From positions 1 to 32,000 of the forward strand of contig WBXG01000011.1 in NCBI GenBank assembly GCA_008932965.1: DNA of 32,000 nt, read 5' to 3'. The stretch comes from Verrucomicrobiota bacterium (GTDB taxonomy: Bacteria > Verrucomicrobiota > Verrucomicrobiia > Chthoniobacterales > UBA6821). The notes below the pieces were generated by a model that was not told the origin of the DNA, did no database searches, and saw only the letters and a list, made by a program, of their open reading frames with translations. This document shows positions 17,292 to 25,762 of this stretch, piece after piece; the stretch's first letter is position 1; the number at the start of each line of letters is the position of its first letter. A program made the position numbers and the translations under genes.

Positions 17292-18515
17292 ATGGCTCAA
17301 CGATCTCCCTCCTCTGTCCTGCTCATCAAGCTACGGCATCATGGAGATGTCCTTCTTGCTACACCGGTTGCCAGAGTGTTAAAGGCTCAGTTTCCCAATT
17401 GTCAGATCGATTTTCTCGTCTACGAAGGAACAGAGGCACTGCTAGAACACAATCCTGATCTACGTCAGGTTTGGATCTGGCATCGAGCGGCCCGTGGGTG
17501 GAATCGTCTTAAAAAGATCCTTCATCTTTTTTTTCAACTACAGCACCAGCATTACGACTTGGTGATCCATCTTTCCGACCAGATGCAGGGGGCATTATTG
17601 GCAGCGCTTTTAAGGCCGCACCAATCTATTGGTATTGACTATCCCAAACGTCGTCATTTTTTTTGGAGCTCCTGCTTTACAACATTAGTTCCTCTGTTTC
17701 CAAGTAACACTCATCATACTGTAGAACAAAATCTAGCTACTCTAGCAGCAGTATTTCATGCTAGTCATGACACCATAGGTGAGAGTACACACTCGTCAAG
17801 GAGGGCTTCGAGTTCAACACCCCATCAGCCTTCACAGCTTCCTCGTTACGATCAGTATGAATTATCCGGTCCAGAGATAATTTTCAACAAGAGGTTCGTT
17901 CCCGAATCCCCCAATCACATGACGGATCCTATGTTGAGATGCCGATTGGTTATTAGCCAAGAAGACCGCTTATTTATTCAAGAGCAGCTTCAAAAAACCT
18001 CATTTTCCACTCCCTATCTTCTCATTCATCCAACAGCACGCTGGTTTTTTAAGTGCTGGGAAGAGGAGTCCTTTGCAAAACTCATCGCCCATTTTGCCAA
18101 TCAAGGCTGGTCTATTCTGTTAACCTCTGGCCCGGCCGTTGAAGAGCAAGCTATGGTTGCTACAATTTTAGAGAAAGTTCATTCCGACCGCATCTACTCA
18201 CTTGCAGGTCAGTTAACATTAGGTCAGCTTGCAGCAGCAATTGAAGGAGCCACTCTTTTTATCGGTGTTGATTCTGTCCCAATGCATATGGCTGCAGCAT
18301 TAGAGAAAGATGTCGTTGCTCTTTTTGGTCCAAGTAAAATCAATGAATGGCATCCTTGGATGACCCGCTATCACCTAGTGAAAGCCTCTGATTATGGTGA
18401 TTTGATTGATCCAGATGATGTAAGAACAGAGACAGTAGTGCGCTATCTCTCTATGATTCCGGTGGAGGAAGTTATTTCAAAAGTTGAACAAATGTTACAC
18501 CTTTCTTACTCGTAG
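17292..18515 (+). CDS. Family 9 glycosyltransferase (LPS heptosyltransferase, WaaQ-like) carrying an in-frame MITE-like insertion in the interdomain linker
   Basis: 407 aa. GT9 motifs are IKLRHHGDVLLATPV, HTVEQNL, LIHPTARWFFKCW and GVDSVPMHMAAAL. Residues about 151-194 are encoded by element copy E. Confidence 0.85.
   Translation: MAQRSPSSVLLIKLRHHGDVLLATPVARVLKAQFPNCQIDFLVYEGTEALLEHNPDLRQVWIWHRAARGWNRLKKILHLFFQLQHQHYDLVIHLSDQMQGALLAALLRPHQSIGIDYPKRRHFFWSSCFTTLVPLFPSNTHHTVEQNLATLAAVFHASHDTIGESTHSSRRASSSTPHQPSQLPRYDQYELSGPEIIFNKRFVPESPNHMTDPMLRCRLVISQEDRLFIQEQLQKTSFSTPYLLIHPTARWFFKCWEEESFAKLIAHFANQGWSILLTSGPAVEEQAMVATILEKVHSDRIYSLAGQLTLGQLAAAIEGATLFIGVDSVPMHMAAALEKDVVALFGPSKINEWHPWMTRYHLVKASDYGDLIDPDDVRTETVVRYLSMIPVEEVISKVEQMLHLSYS
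17742..17874 (+). mobile_element. MITE-like element, copy E (about 133 bp), embedded in frame within the GT9 CDS
   Basis: The left terminus is ctagcagcagtatttcatgc. The core ctcgtcaaggagggcttcgagttcaac matches copy C. The right arm ccccatcagccttcacagcttcctcgttacgatcagtatgaattatccggtccag matches F and C. No stop codon occurs in the host reading frame. Confidence 0.8.
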
Positions 18516-18530
18516 CGTTTCATAAATCCC

Positions 18531-19649
18531 GTGACAGATTCTCAACAACAACAGAATATTCTTTTTCTCATCGATGGACTATCAGGTGGTGGAGCTGAGC
18601 GTATCCTTCTGAACTTGGCGGCTGAAATGGTACAACAAAACCATCAGGTTACGATTATTTCCCTGCGTGACGATCAGGCTTATCCCATTCCATCTGGTGT
18701 CGATTATATTCTTCTGGAAGATCACTATCGAGGACCTTTCTGGCGCCAAACCGAAATCACACGACGTGCACGGACGTTAGATCGATTTCTTGATTCTTTT
18801 TTTCTTAATAAAAAGATCGATCTTGCTGTTTCTCATCTTCCCAAGACAGATCGTATTGTTGCTGCTTCTCGCTTTTTAAAAGAAGCCTGGATATGCCTTC
18901 ATTGTGCACTTACAGCTGGAGAGCTCGAAAATAAAAAAGGATTTCAACGCTGGAGAAAACGGAAGCAACTCATCACTACATATTCTGGCAGAAAATTGAT
19001 CACTGTCTCACAAGCCTTACAGGAAGATGTGCATGCTATCGGCATTCGACCAACAGTCATGACAACTATTTACAATCCACTCGATCTTGAGGATGTAGCT
19101 CATAAAGCTCAGGAAAAGTCGTCTTTTGAAAATGAAAAATTTCTTCTTCACGTAGGACGTTTTAATAAACAAAAACGTCATGATCGTCTTTTTGAAGCTT
19201 TTAAATTAAGCAGCTATCCAGGAAAGCTGATTTTACTTGGCTCCGGAAGTGATCAAGAAATAAAGAGCATCCATCTGCTTGCAAAGAAATATCATATTGA
19301 AGACCGTCTTGTTTTGCCGGGATTTGTGAACAATCCTTATTCCTGCATGCGTGCCGCAGAAGCCTTAGTGCTCAGTTCCGATTATGAAGGACTGCCTAAT
19401 GTCTTGGTTGAAGCACTTGCCTGTGGCACACAAGTCGTAAGTACAAATTGTCCTTTTGGACCTGCAGAAATTCTCCAAGGACCTTTATCTCAGGGGCTCT
19501 GTGATCTGACTCCGTCAGCCTTAGCAGCAGCTATGAGGCGTGTCCTGACCTCCCCTGTTCCTATTACCAAAACAATGATTGCTCCTTTTTTGCTCCAAGA
19601 AAGCGTGCACCATTATTTAGAACTTTCCAATGATGATAAGAAAATTTGA
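18531..19649 (+). CDS. Group 1 (GT4-type) glycosyltransferase
   Basis: 372 aa with a GTG start. It has an N-terminal GGGAERIL motif and the C-terminal motif YEGLPNVLVEALACG. Confidence 0.85.
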   Translation: MTDSQQQQNILFLIDGLSGGGAERILLNLAAEMVQQNHQVTIISLRDDQAYPIPSGVDYILLEDHYRGPFWRQTEITRRARTLDRFLDSFFLNKKIDLAVSHLPKTDRIVAASRFLKEAWICLHCALTAGELENKKGFQRWRKRKQLITTYSGRKLITVSQALQEDVHAIGIRPTVMTTIYNPLDLEDVAHKAQEKSSFENEKFLLHVGRFNKQKRHDRLFEAFKLSSYPGKLILLGSGSDQEIKSIHLLAKKYHIEDRLVLPGFVNNPYSCMRAAEALVLSSDYEGLPNVLVEALACGTQVVSTNCPFGPAEILQGPLSQGLCDLTPSALAAAMRRVLTSPVPITKTMIAPFLLQESVHHYLELSNDDKKI

Positions 19650-20074
19650 AAAAATGATTGACTAGCCTTTTTTCGTTTTAGCATCATAGAAAAGATGTAC
19701 AAACCAAGTATCCAAGAACATTTATCGCTGATATCACTGTCACTACCTTTTACAGTTATATCTTGCATGGTACTGTTCTTCTTTCATCCCTGTAAATTAA
19801 GTCACGAGCGAATGTGATTGCGTTCGACGGAACGCCATTAAAAAGAGGGATTTTATCCATTACTGGCTTCGTATTTAAACGAATCTATTAATCCCTACCG
19901 TTCAAAATTCATCTGATTAAGTCAATCAATCGTGTTGATCGTTAGTGAAATACTAATTTTCTTCCTTTCCTTTCTCACTTGTTAGCAACGGAATGCTTGC
20001 TACCACTGACCAGGAGTCATGGTGCATTTTCATATCACAAAAAAACAATACTAATCCCTTTCAATATTAACAAA

Positions 20075-21946
20075 ATGTCTGCTTTAACTCAAAATTCATC
20101 CCCTAAATTCAATCTCCAGGTAGAAAGAAAAAGGCCTGTATGCTCTTCATGGCTAGCGCACAGATCGCTTCTTTTCATAGCATCCTTATGGAGTATAGGG
20201 AGCGCCTCTGCTATTTTTATGATACTATTTTCTCAATCTCTCCATGCGCAGGAAATAGATCCAAAAACCGATCCTATTGACACTGAGCTTTCAGGGCCAC
20301 TTGCCGTAATTCCAGAAATGATCTCTGTGGAAGATGCTGGAAATCTCGCTGATCCTATTACTGGATTGGGCGCGGTACAAGAAGCATTCCACATCGGAAA
20401 ATACCCTGTAACTAATTTACAATGGACAACTTTTCTCAATGCTGTGCACGTTGTTGAGCAAAATCCTGAAGATCCCCGCAATCTTTATCATGAGGAGATG
20501 TTTCAGAAAAATATTGGATCTGCTCCCTTATCTAAGTTAACCGATGTTATAAGAACCAGAATTGATGCAACCAATTTTCTAGGTCACAAGATCACGGTTT
20601 TTTTCCCAAAAGACTGGGGAACTCCCTTAGGACACTATTTTGGTTCGCTTCCTGTGACAGGAATAAGCCTAGATGACTGTAAGCGCTATCTCAATTGGTT
20701 ACATCATGGGGCTCCAGATTTTTTAACCTTATGTCGAAAAGACCCATCGTTAGATCCCTTTACTTTAAGTGAAAAGCTCTTAGCTATAACAGAAACTGGA
20801 GCCTATGATTTTACAAATGGCAAAAATGGAGAGCTTATGGAAGGAGCGCGCTATTTTCTCCCTAATTTAAATCAGTGGTACAAGGCTGCTTACCATTACG
20901 GTGGAACAACAGATGCTACCTACTGGTCTTATCCTACTCAAAGCAATAAATTACCAACTCAAAGCAATAAATTACCAACTCAAACAATCATCCTTGAACT
21001 CTTCAAAAATCCTTCTAGTGCTAAAACAGGAGCTAATTTTGCACAAGTTTTTTATAATTATAAACGATATTATATAGATGGATGTTATGACATGGAGCAT
21101 TTATTTAGTGATGAAACCATGCCTTCAAAAGAAAATGAATATTATCTTGCAACACCTGTCGGTTTTTTCACAGATTCACCCAGCTCTTATGGAACCTATG
21201 ATCAAGGAGGAAATGTAAGAGAATGGACGAGCGATTCTGTAATAACGTTGCAAGGAGAAGAAATGATTGCTCCAGGAGGATCATTTGAAGAGTCCAGTGA
21301 TCAATTATTAAGCACTAATGCAAACAAAAAATCTTTTCCCCCGTCCTGTAGAATTAAAACTATCGGTTTAAGAGTATGCTCATTAGCGACTGTTGGTAAT
21401 CTTAACAAAGATCCAATTTTGTCAGATGCTGCCTCGAACTCCCTTAACAGTTCCTTAATTCTTCAGTCATTTACAAATGTAGCCATTGCACAAACGACAG
21501 CTTATGGTCTTGAAGCTGCTTTAGCAGTTGGTATTAAATATGTTAATACGGGAAGGATAATGACTCTGAGTGAAATAGTGCGCCCTTTTACCTATCAGCG
21601 AAATATTGTAAATGGTATCTTAAGTGTTGTTCTTGTCATGGGTGAAACAGGTCGAGCAACAGTGGCTCCAATAAAAAAAGAGGACTTATGGAATATAGGA
21701 TTCGTTGTTGCCTCTACCATAGCTACGATGCTCCTGACTGAAGGTTCTGCTTTCTTTGTTGAAGCCGCCGTAGGAGAAGTGCTCAACCTGCTCAAAAACT
21801 CTAATTTGATCACAATGACAGTTCAAAATAGCGTTACTGAATTAGCATGGCCCAGATTGATTACCAACATGTGGTACATTGGCCTGAATACTTATCTGAC
21901 AACAAAATCAGATTTAAAATATTTTGAAGAACAACAACTCAATTAA
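20075..21946 (+). CDS. FGE/SUMF1-domain protein with N-terminal anchor and C-terminal hydrophobic region
   Basis: FGE-sulfatase-family motifs are present (FHIGKYPVTNLQWTTFLNAV, YGTYDQGGNVREWTSD, APGGSF). There is an N-terminal hydrophobic segment (LLFIASLWSIGSASAIFMILF). The C-terminal roughly 170 aa contain several hydrophobic segments. I prefer the ATG at 20075 over the TTG at 19979. Confidence 0.75.
   Translation: MSALTQNSSPKFNLQVERKRPVCSSWLAHRSLLFIASLWSIGSASAIFMILFSQSLHAQEIDPKTDPIDTELSGPLAVIPEMISVEDAGNLADPITGLGAVQEAFHIGKYPVTNLQWTTFLNAVHVVEQNPEDPRNLYHEEMFQKNIGSAPLSKLTDVIRTRIDATNFLGHKITVFFPKDWGTPLGHYFGSLPVTGISLDDCKRYLNWLHHGAPDFLTLCRKDPSLDPFTLSEKLLAITETGAYDFTNGKNGELMEGARYFLPNLNQWYKAAYHYGGTTDATYWSYPTQSNKLPTQSNKLPTQTIILELFKNPSSAKTGANFAQVFYNYKRYYIDGCYDMEHLFSDETMPSKENEYYLATPVGFFTDSPSSYGTYDQGGNVREWTSDSVITLQGEEMIAPGGSFEESSDQLLSTNANKKSFPPSCRIKTIGLRVCSLATVGNLNKDPILSDAASNSLNSSLILQSFTNVAIAQTTAYGLEAALAVGIKYVNTGRIMTLSEIVRPFTYQRNIVNGILSVVLVMGETGRATVAPIKKEDLWNIGFVVASTIATMLLTEGSAFFVEAAVGEVLNLLKNSNLITMTVQNSVTELAWPRLITNMWYIGLNTYLTTKSDLKYFEEQQLN
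20936..20984 (+). repeat. Perfect 21-bp tandem repeat (2.3 units) inside the FGE-domain CDS
   Basis: actcaaagcaataaattacca occurs at 20936-20956 and 20957-20977, followed by actcaaa. It encodes PTQSNKL-PTQSNKL-PTQ. Confidence 0.95.
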
Positions 21947-22127
21947 CCCGTATGTTTCATCCCGATCTACTGCGTAGATCGGGAAGTCATATGGATGCTG
22001 CGTTAGACTTGCATTTTGATTTGGGCAGTATGTACAACATACAGCCCTGCATCAAAATGCTCGCCTGCCTTACCCCATCAGCCTTCGAGGCCTCCTCGTT
22101 ACGATCATTATGAAATATGCGAGCTAG
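21943..22127 (+). mobile_element. MITE-like palindromic element, copy F (185 bp), filling the gap between two convergent genes
   Basis: The ends are ttaacccgtatgtttcat and ttatgaaatatgcgagctag. The central imperfect palindrome is at 22011-22060 (gcattttgat..ggcagtatg-tacaa-catacagcc..atcaaaatgc). The TAA stop of the + strand gene (21944-21946) and the TAG stop of the - strand gene (22124-22126) lie in the element tips. Confidence 0.88.
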
Positions 22128-22795
22128 CGTGCAAGAATCTGGTACTCCTCTTGCTTTTTTACAATGCTTTTTTCAGGTAGGATCCCATGCCATGAGACCA
22201 TAGGATAGATTAAGCTCTCCCTTCCAATAATTGATCCTGGGCTCAATACAGCATTGCATCCAATTTCAACATAATCACCAAGAATAGCACCAAATTTTTT
22301 GAGGCCAGTGGAAATTTTGAGGTTCTCTATTTTGATGATAATTTCCTGCCGATCTAATCGGACATTAGAAAGAATAACACCTGCCCCAAGATGAGCACGG
22401 TAGCCTAAAATAGAATCGCCAACATAGTTAAAATGGGGGACCTGGACTTCATCAAAGAGGAGTGAATTTTTTAATTCACACGAGTTTCCAATAACCGAAT
22501 TATTTCCAACAATAACATTTTCTCGAATATAACACCCTTTACGCAACTGACATCCTTCCCCAATCCAGGCAGGACCTAGAATTACAGCCCCCTCCTCAAT
22601 AATGGTATTTTTCCCAATAAAGACATTTTTTCCAATATAAGAATTTCCATTCTTAATTCCATAATTTGCTGGAGTGAGGTAATCAGCAAGATAAGAAGAA
22701 ATATTGGAAAGAATCTCCCAGACTCGCGAATTTCTGTTGATCAAAATCTGATGATCTGTATGGCGAAGATCAAGGTAAGCATTAGGATGAAACAT
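22124..22795 (-). CDS. Left-handed beta-helix (hexapeptide-repeat) transferase, GlmU/G1P-nucleotidyltransferase C-terminal-domain-like
   Basis: It carries repeated hexapeptide motifs (IGKNVFIGKNTIIEEGAVILGPAWIGEGCQL..., VGDSILGYRAHLGAGVILSN). I prefer the ATG at 22795; the track start at 22900 would overlap the upstream GT9 by 50 nt. Confidence 0.75.
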   Translation of the reverse strand: MFHPNAYLDLRHTDHQILINRNSRVWEILSNISSYLADYLTPANYGIKNGNSYIGKNVFIGKNTIIEEGAVILGPAWIGEGCQLRKGCYIRENVIVGNNSVIGNSCELKNSLLFDEVQVPHFNYVGDSILGYRAHLGAGVILSNVRLDRQEIIIKIENLKISTGLKKFGAILGDYVEIGCNAVLSPGSIIGRESLIYPMVSWHGILPEKSIVKKQEEYQILAR

Positions 22796-22850
22796 AGAAT
22801 TTAAAGGTACTGTATGAGGGCTGTTTGTTAGGAAAATAAACGAGATTATT

Positions 22851-23948
22851 TTATTTTTTAAAATGAAGTATCCGCTCCATTGCATCAAAAACTTTTTCAA
22901 AAGATATCTGACTCATCTCACTAAGCTGAGGATCTTTTTGTTTAAGTAGAAGTTCTTTTTCAGGCTTGGCAAGTTCGATGATTTCATGGCCCGGGGTATT
23001 GTCTAGTGGACCATACATACTAGTGGGGCTGCGGTAGTGGAGTAGCGCAAGAGTGGGGCAACCCACTGCAAAACCAAGATGCATCACGCCAGTATCTGTG
23101 CTCACAAGCATGGAAGCCTCCTTGAGGAGTGCGGCTGTCTCCTCTAAGGTTGTTTTTTGAACAAGATTGATGACCCAAGGAGTTGCTTTTTCAATAGCTA
23201 TTCCTACCTCGTAATTGTCATGCCCCCCCGTTAAAATGATCTGATGAGGATATCTCTCCTTAAACCATCTGATGGCGTGAATATAAGATTCTACGGGCCA
23301 GTTTCGCCAGGAGAGTGTTTTACCTCCTCCTGTTTGAAAAATAATAAAAGGTTGTTTTAAAGCAGGGTGGTGTTGGTAGAGAAGTTTTACCTCCTCCTCC
23401 CTTACCTGATAAACCATACCTCGATCGACCTTTGCCCCACCGGCGGCAGTAGCTACTTTCAAGATTTCTTTCACAATATGGGGTTCATCTTTCGTAACCA
23501 CTGGATGTGAGAGAAGGAAGGAAAAACGTTGACAGCGCTCCACAGCGCCGAAAAAAGCATGTCGATTCAAAAGGTATCCTAGTGGAACCGCCTCTTCATT
23601 GACATGCAGGGCAACAACTAGATCTGGTTTACTATTTCGAAAGTGCTGTAAAAGCTTGAATTGAGAAAGAGGCGATTTACTCAGTGGAAGGACTTCATCT
23701 ACGAATGGATGGTGACGTGCTACTGACCCACGTCGATGGTGTGCTGCGACAATGAGTTTGGACTGAGGATACCCCTTTTTTAAACTTTTTATTGCTGCTG
23801 AATCAAAAAGACTATCTCCAATTCCAGTTGTGCTAAAAACTAAAATGAGTTTAGGGTTCTTTGGGAGGGGCCATGGAACTGGTGGGAAGACCAATGCAAG
23901 AAGACGAAAAAAATGCTCATTAAAAAATCGAGTAATCTTGTTCCACAT
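22851..23948 (-). CDS. Family 9 glycosyltransferase (heptosyltransferase-like)
   Basis: 365 aa. GT9 features are ILVFSTTGIGDSLF, a short linker after the HIVKEILK motif, FQTGGGKTLSWRNWP and STDTGVMHLGFAVG. Confidence 0.85.
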   Translation of the reverse strand: MWNKITRFFNEHFFRLLALVFPPVPWPLPKNPKLILVFSTTGIGDSLFDSAAIKSLKKGYPQSKLIVAAHHRRGSVARHHPFVDEVLPLSKSPLSQFKLLQHFRNSKPDLVVALHVNEEAVPLGYLLNRHAFFGAVERCQRFSFLLSHPVVTKDEPHIVKEILKVATAAGGAKVDRGMVYQVREEEVKLLYQHHPALKQPFIIFQTGGGKTLSWRNWPVESYIHAIRWFKERYPHQIILTGGHDNYEVGIAIEKATPWVINLVQKTTLEETAALLKEASMLVSTDTGVMHLGFAVGCPTLALLHYRSPTSMYGPLDNTPGHEIIELAKPEKELLLKQKDPQLSEMSQISFEKVFDAMERILHFKK

Positions 23949-24092
23949 AAGTGAGCTGTTTTAACCTGAGTCGGGCTGTTGAAGAAGGTGATCTGTTACA
24001 ACAAAAATCAGCTTCTGCATCCGTAAAGGAAACGCATGAAGGTAATATTTTATCAGCAAGAAGCAAATAATTGGGACAGGGGTATGAAAAAA

Positions 24093-25658
24093 TTAAGGTT
24101 TTTTGAGTCTCATTCTGTTCCAAAAATGTTCTACAAAATAAGTCAATTGTTTGTGGGGTTTTTTAGGACGATTGCATTCAATATAAACACCGCTCACTAA
24201 CGTTTCGATTCCAGAAAGACCATCAAGTCTGATTTTGGGCCGCACAATAGAAAAATTAGTGTCATGTTTACGAAGTGAGTCATACCCCGGAGCAATATAG
24301 GCAGTGACCTCCACACGGTGATGTGCTACATGCACTTCCTCTACTAAGCCAATGGGAACCCCCAGATAGCGAACTTGTGTTTGTCCAGCCAGAAGCCCCT
24401 GGCCATCTTCAAAGCTCATCTTCAGTGGCTCTGGACTGAGTCGAGCGACTTGTTCACTCGAAAAAAGAGCAAAAGATTTTCCTGATGTGGCAACAGGAGC
24501 TTGTTGAGGGCTCCAGGAATCATAAGCAATTCCCCCTTGAAGGAGCGATTGGAGGCTATCAACTTCCATGCTCACGACTCCAGGTCCTGCTTGAATTCTT
24601 GTACCAGGAAGACGCCAGAAGAGGCTGTTCTCATGAACTGTATTGGCAAACTCTTTTTTAATGAAAATGGTGAGGAGCGGTTCTCCATTGTTGTTGATTT
24701 CTTTTTTGGTGACTTTCCCAACAACAATGCCGCGATAGAGAACGGGGGCATCAACGTAGAGTGTTGGAATTTCGTGAGCATACAACTCAAAGGTTATTCC
24801 TTCATTTCCCGAGCGTGCCTCTTGTTCGTTTGAAGCAAGATGAAATGACTCTCCGCTTTTCGCTTCTGCTGTTGGTGCTTCAAAGGTATCTATAGCAACC
24901 GTTCCTAAAAACATATTTTTAAGATTTTGAATATCTGCCTGAACACCCTTAGGGCTGATCTTAACGGAGGCAGCAGGAAGCATCCAAAAATGACTATTCT
25001 CATGAATAAGTTCGACAAACTGTTTCTGAATAGCAGCAATCACAACAGAATTTCCATCTCCCATTAGCTCTTTGCGCATGATTCCCCCAATAGTGATCCC
25101 TCGATAGGTAATTGAAGAGCCCTCCTCGAGATAAGGAATCTCTTGAGCAATAAGTTTAAGAACCAGTCCAGGAGCTTCTAAGGGGTGAAGTGGCATTTTT
25201 TCCATTCCTACAAAATGAGTGGTCTTGGGTCCTTCACCCAGACGCGCCTGGATCGAGTTTCCTTGAATAATAGAACTGAGCCCCGAGGTTTTAGCTAAGC
25301 TGATAACAGGTTGATCGATCCAGTAGAGTGTTCCTGCTTGTGAAAGGAGTGCGGCAAATGCCTTCAACCTAATTTTCACAATAGCTTTGCTCAAATGCTC
25401 ATCTAGTCTGACATCAATGACCTCTCCTGCTGCAACTCCACGGTAAAAAAGAAGTGTTTTGTGCGCTTGAATTCCTGGAGCTTCATGAAATTCCACCTCA
25501 ATGATAGGTCCCTCTGACTTCCAATTATCCCAAAAAAACCAACCTGTTGTGAGAAGTGCTAAGAGTGGAAAAAGCCAGATCCAAGAGAGACGGGTGTTAG
25601 CATGGGCAATAATTTTCCCATGATCAACCAGGTGAGAGGAATGGTTTTCTGGCTGCAT
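24093..25658 (-). CDS. PqiB-like multi-MCE-domain protein
   Basis: 521 aa. An N-terminal TM (WIWLFPLLALLTTGWFFW) is followed by repeated MCE-like modules (YRGVAAGEVIDVRL, YRGITIGGIM, YRGIVVGKVTK, YLGVPIGLVEEVHV). Confidence 0.8.
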   Translation of the reverse strand: MQPENHSSHLVDHGKIIAHANTRLSWIWLFPLLALLTTGWFFWDNWKSEGPIIEVEFHEAPGIQAHKTLLFYRGVAAGEVIDVRLDEHLSKAIVKIRLKAFAALLSQAGTLYWIDQPVISLAKTSGLSSIIQGNSIQARLGEGPKTTHFVGMEKMPLHPLEAPGLVLKLIAQEIPYLEEGSSITYRGITIGGIMRKELMGDGNSVVIAAIQKQFVELIHENSHFWMLPAASVKISPKGVQADIQNLKNMFLGTVAIDTFEAPTAEAKSGESFHLASNEQEARSGNEGITFELYAHEIPTLYVDAPVLYRGIVVGKVTKKEINNNGEPLLTIFIKKEFANTVHENSLFWRLPGTRIQAGPGVVSMEVDSLQSLLQGGIAYDSWSPQQAPVATSGKSFALFSSEQVARLSPEPLKMSFEDGQGLLAGQTQVRYLGVPIGLVEEVHVAHHRVEVTAYIAPGYDSLRKHDTNFSIVRPKIRLDGLSGIETLVSGVYIECNRPKKPHKQLTYFVEHFWNRMRLKKP

Positions 25659-25696
25659 AGGGGTTAATGATAAGAACGATGTATGGAAGAAGATGG

Positions 25697-25762
25697 TTTA
25701 ACCCGCATATTTCATACTCATCACGGCCTCCTCGTCACGATCAGTATGAAATATCTGGGCTA
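25697..25762 (+). mobile_element. Minimal (66-bp) member of the MITE-like family, copy G1
   Basis: ttaacccgcatatttcatactcatc..gatcagtatgaaatatctgggctag. The two TIR arms are separated by only about 16 nt, with a 13-bp perfect inverted repeat (atatttcatact/agtatgaaatat). Confidence 0.85.

Noticed and set aside
23920-24123. 67-aa ORF bridging the PqiB-like and GT9 genes (considered as a possible PqiC-like partner)
   Set aside because: It overlaps both neighbouring CDS ends. It is far shorter than PqiC and has no lipobox or signal peptide, so it is probably spurious.
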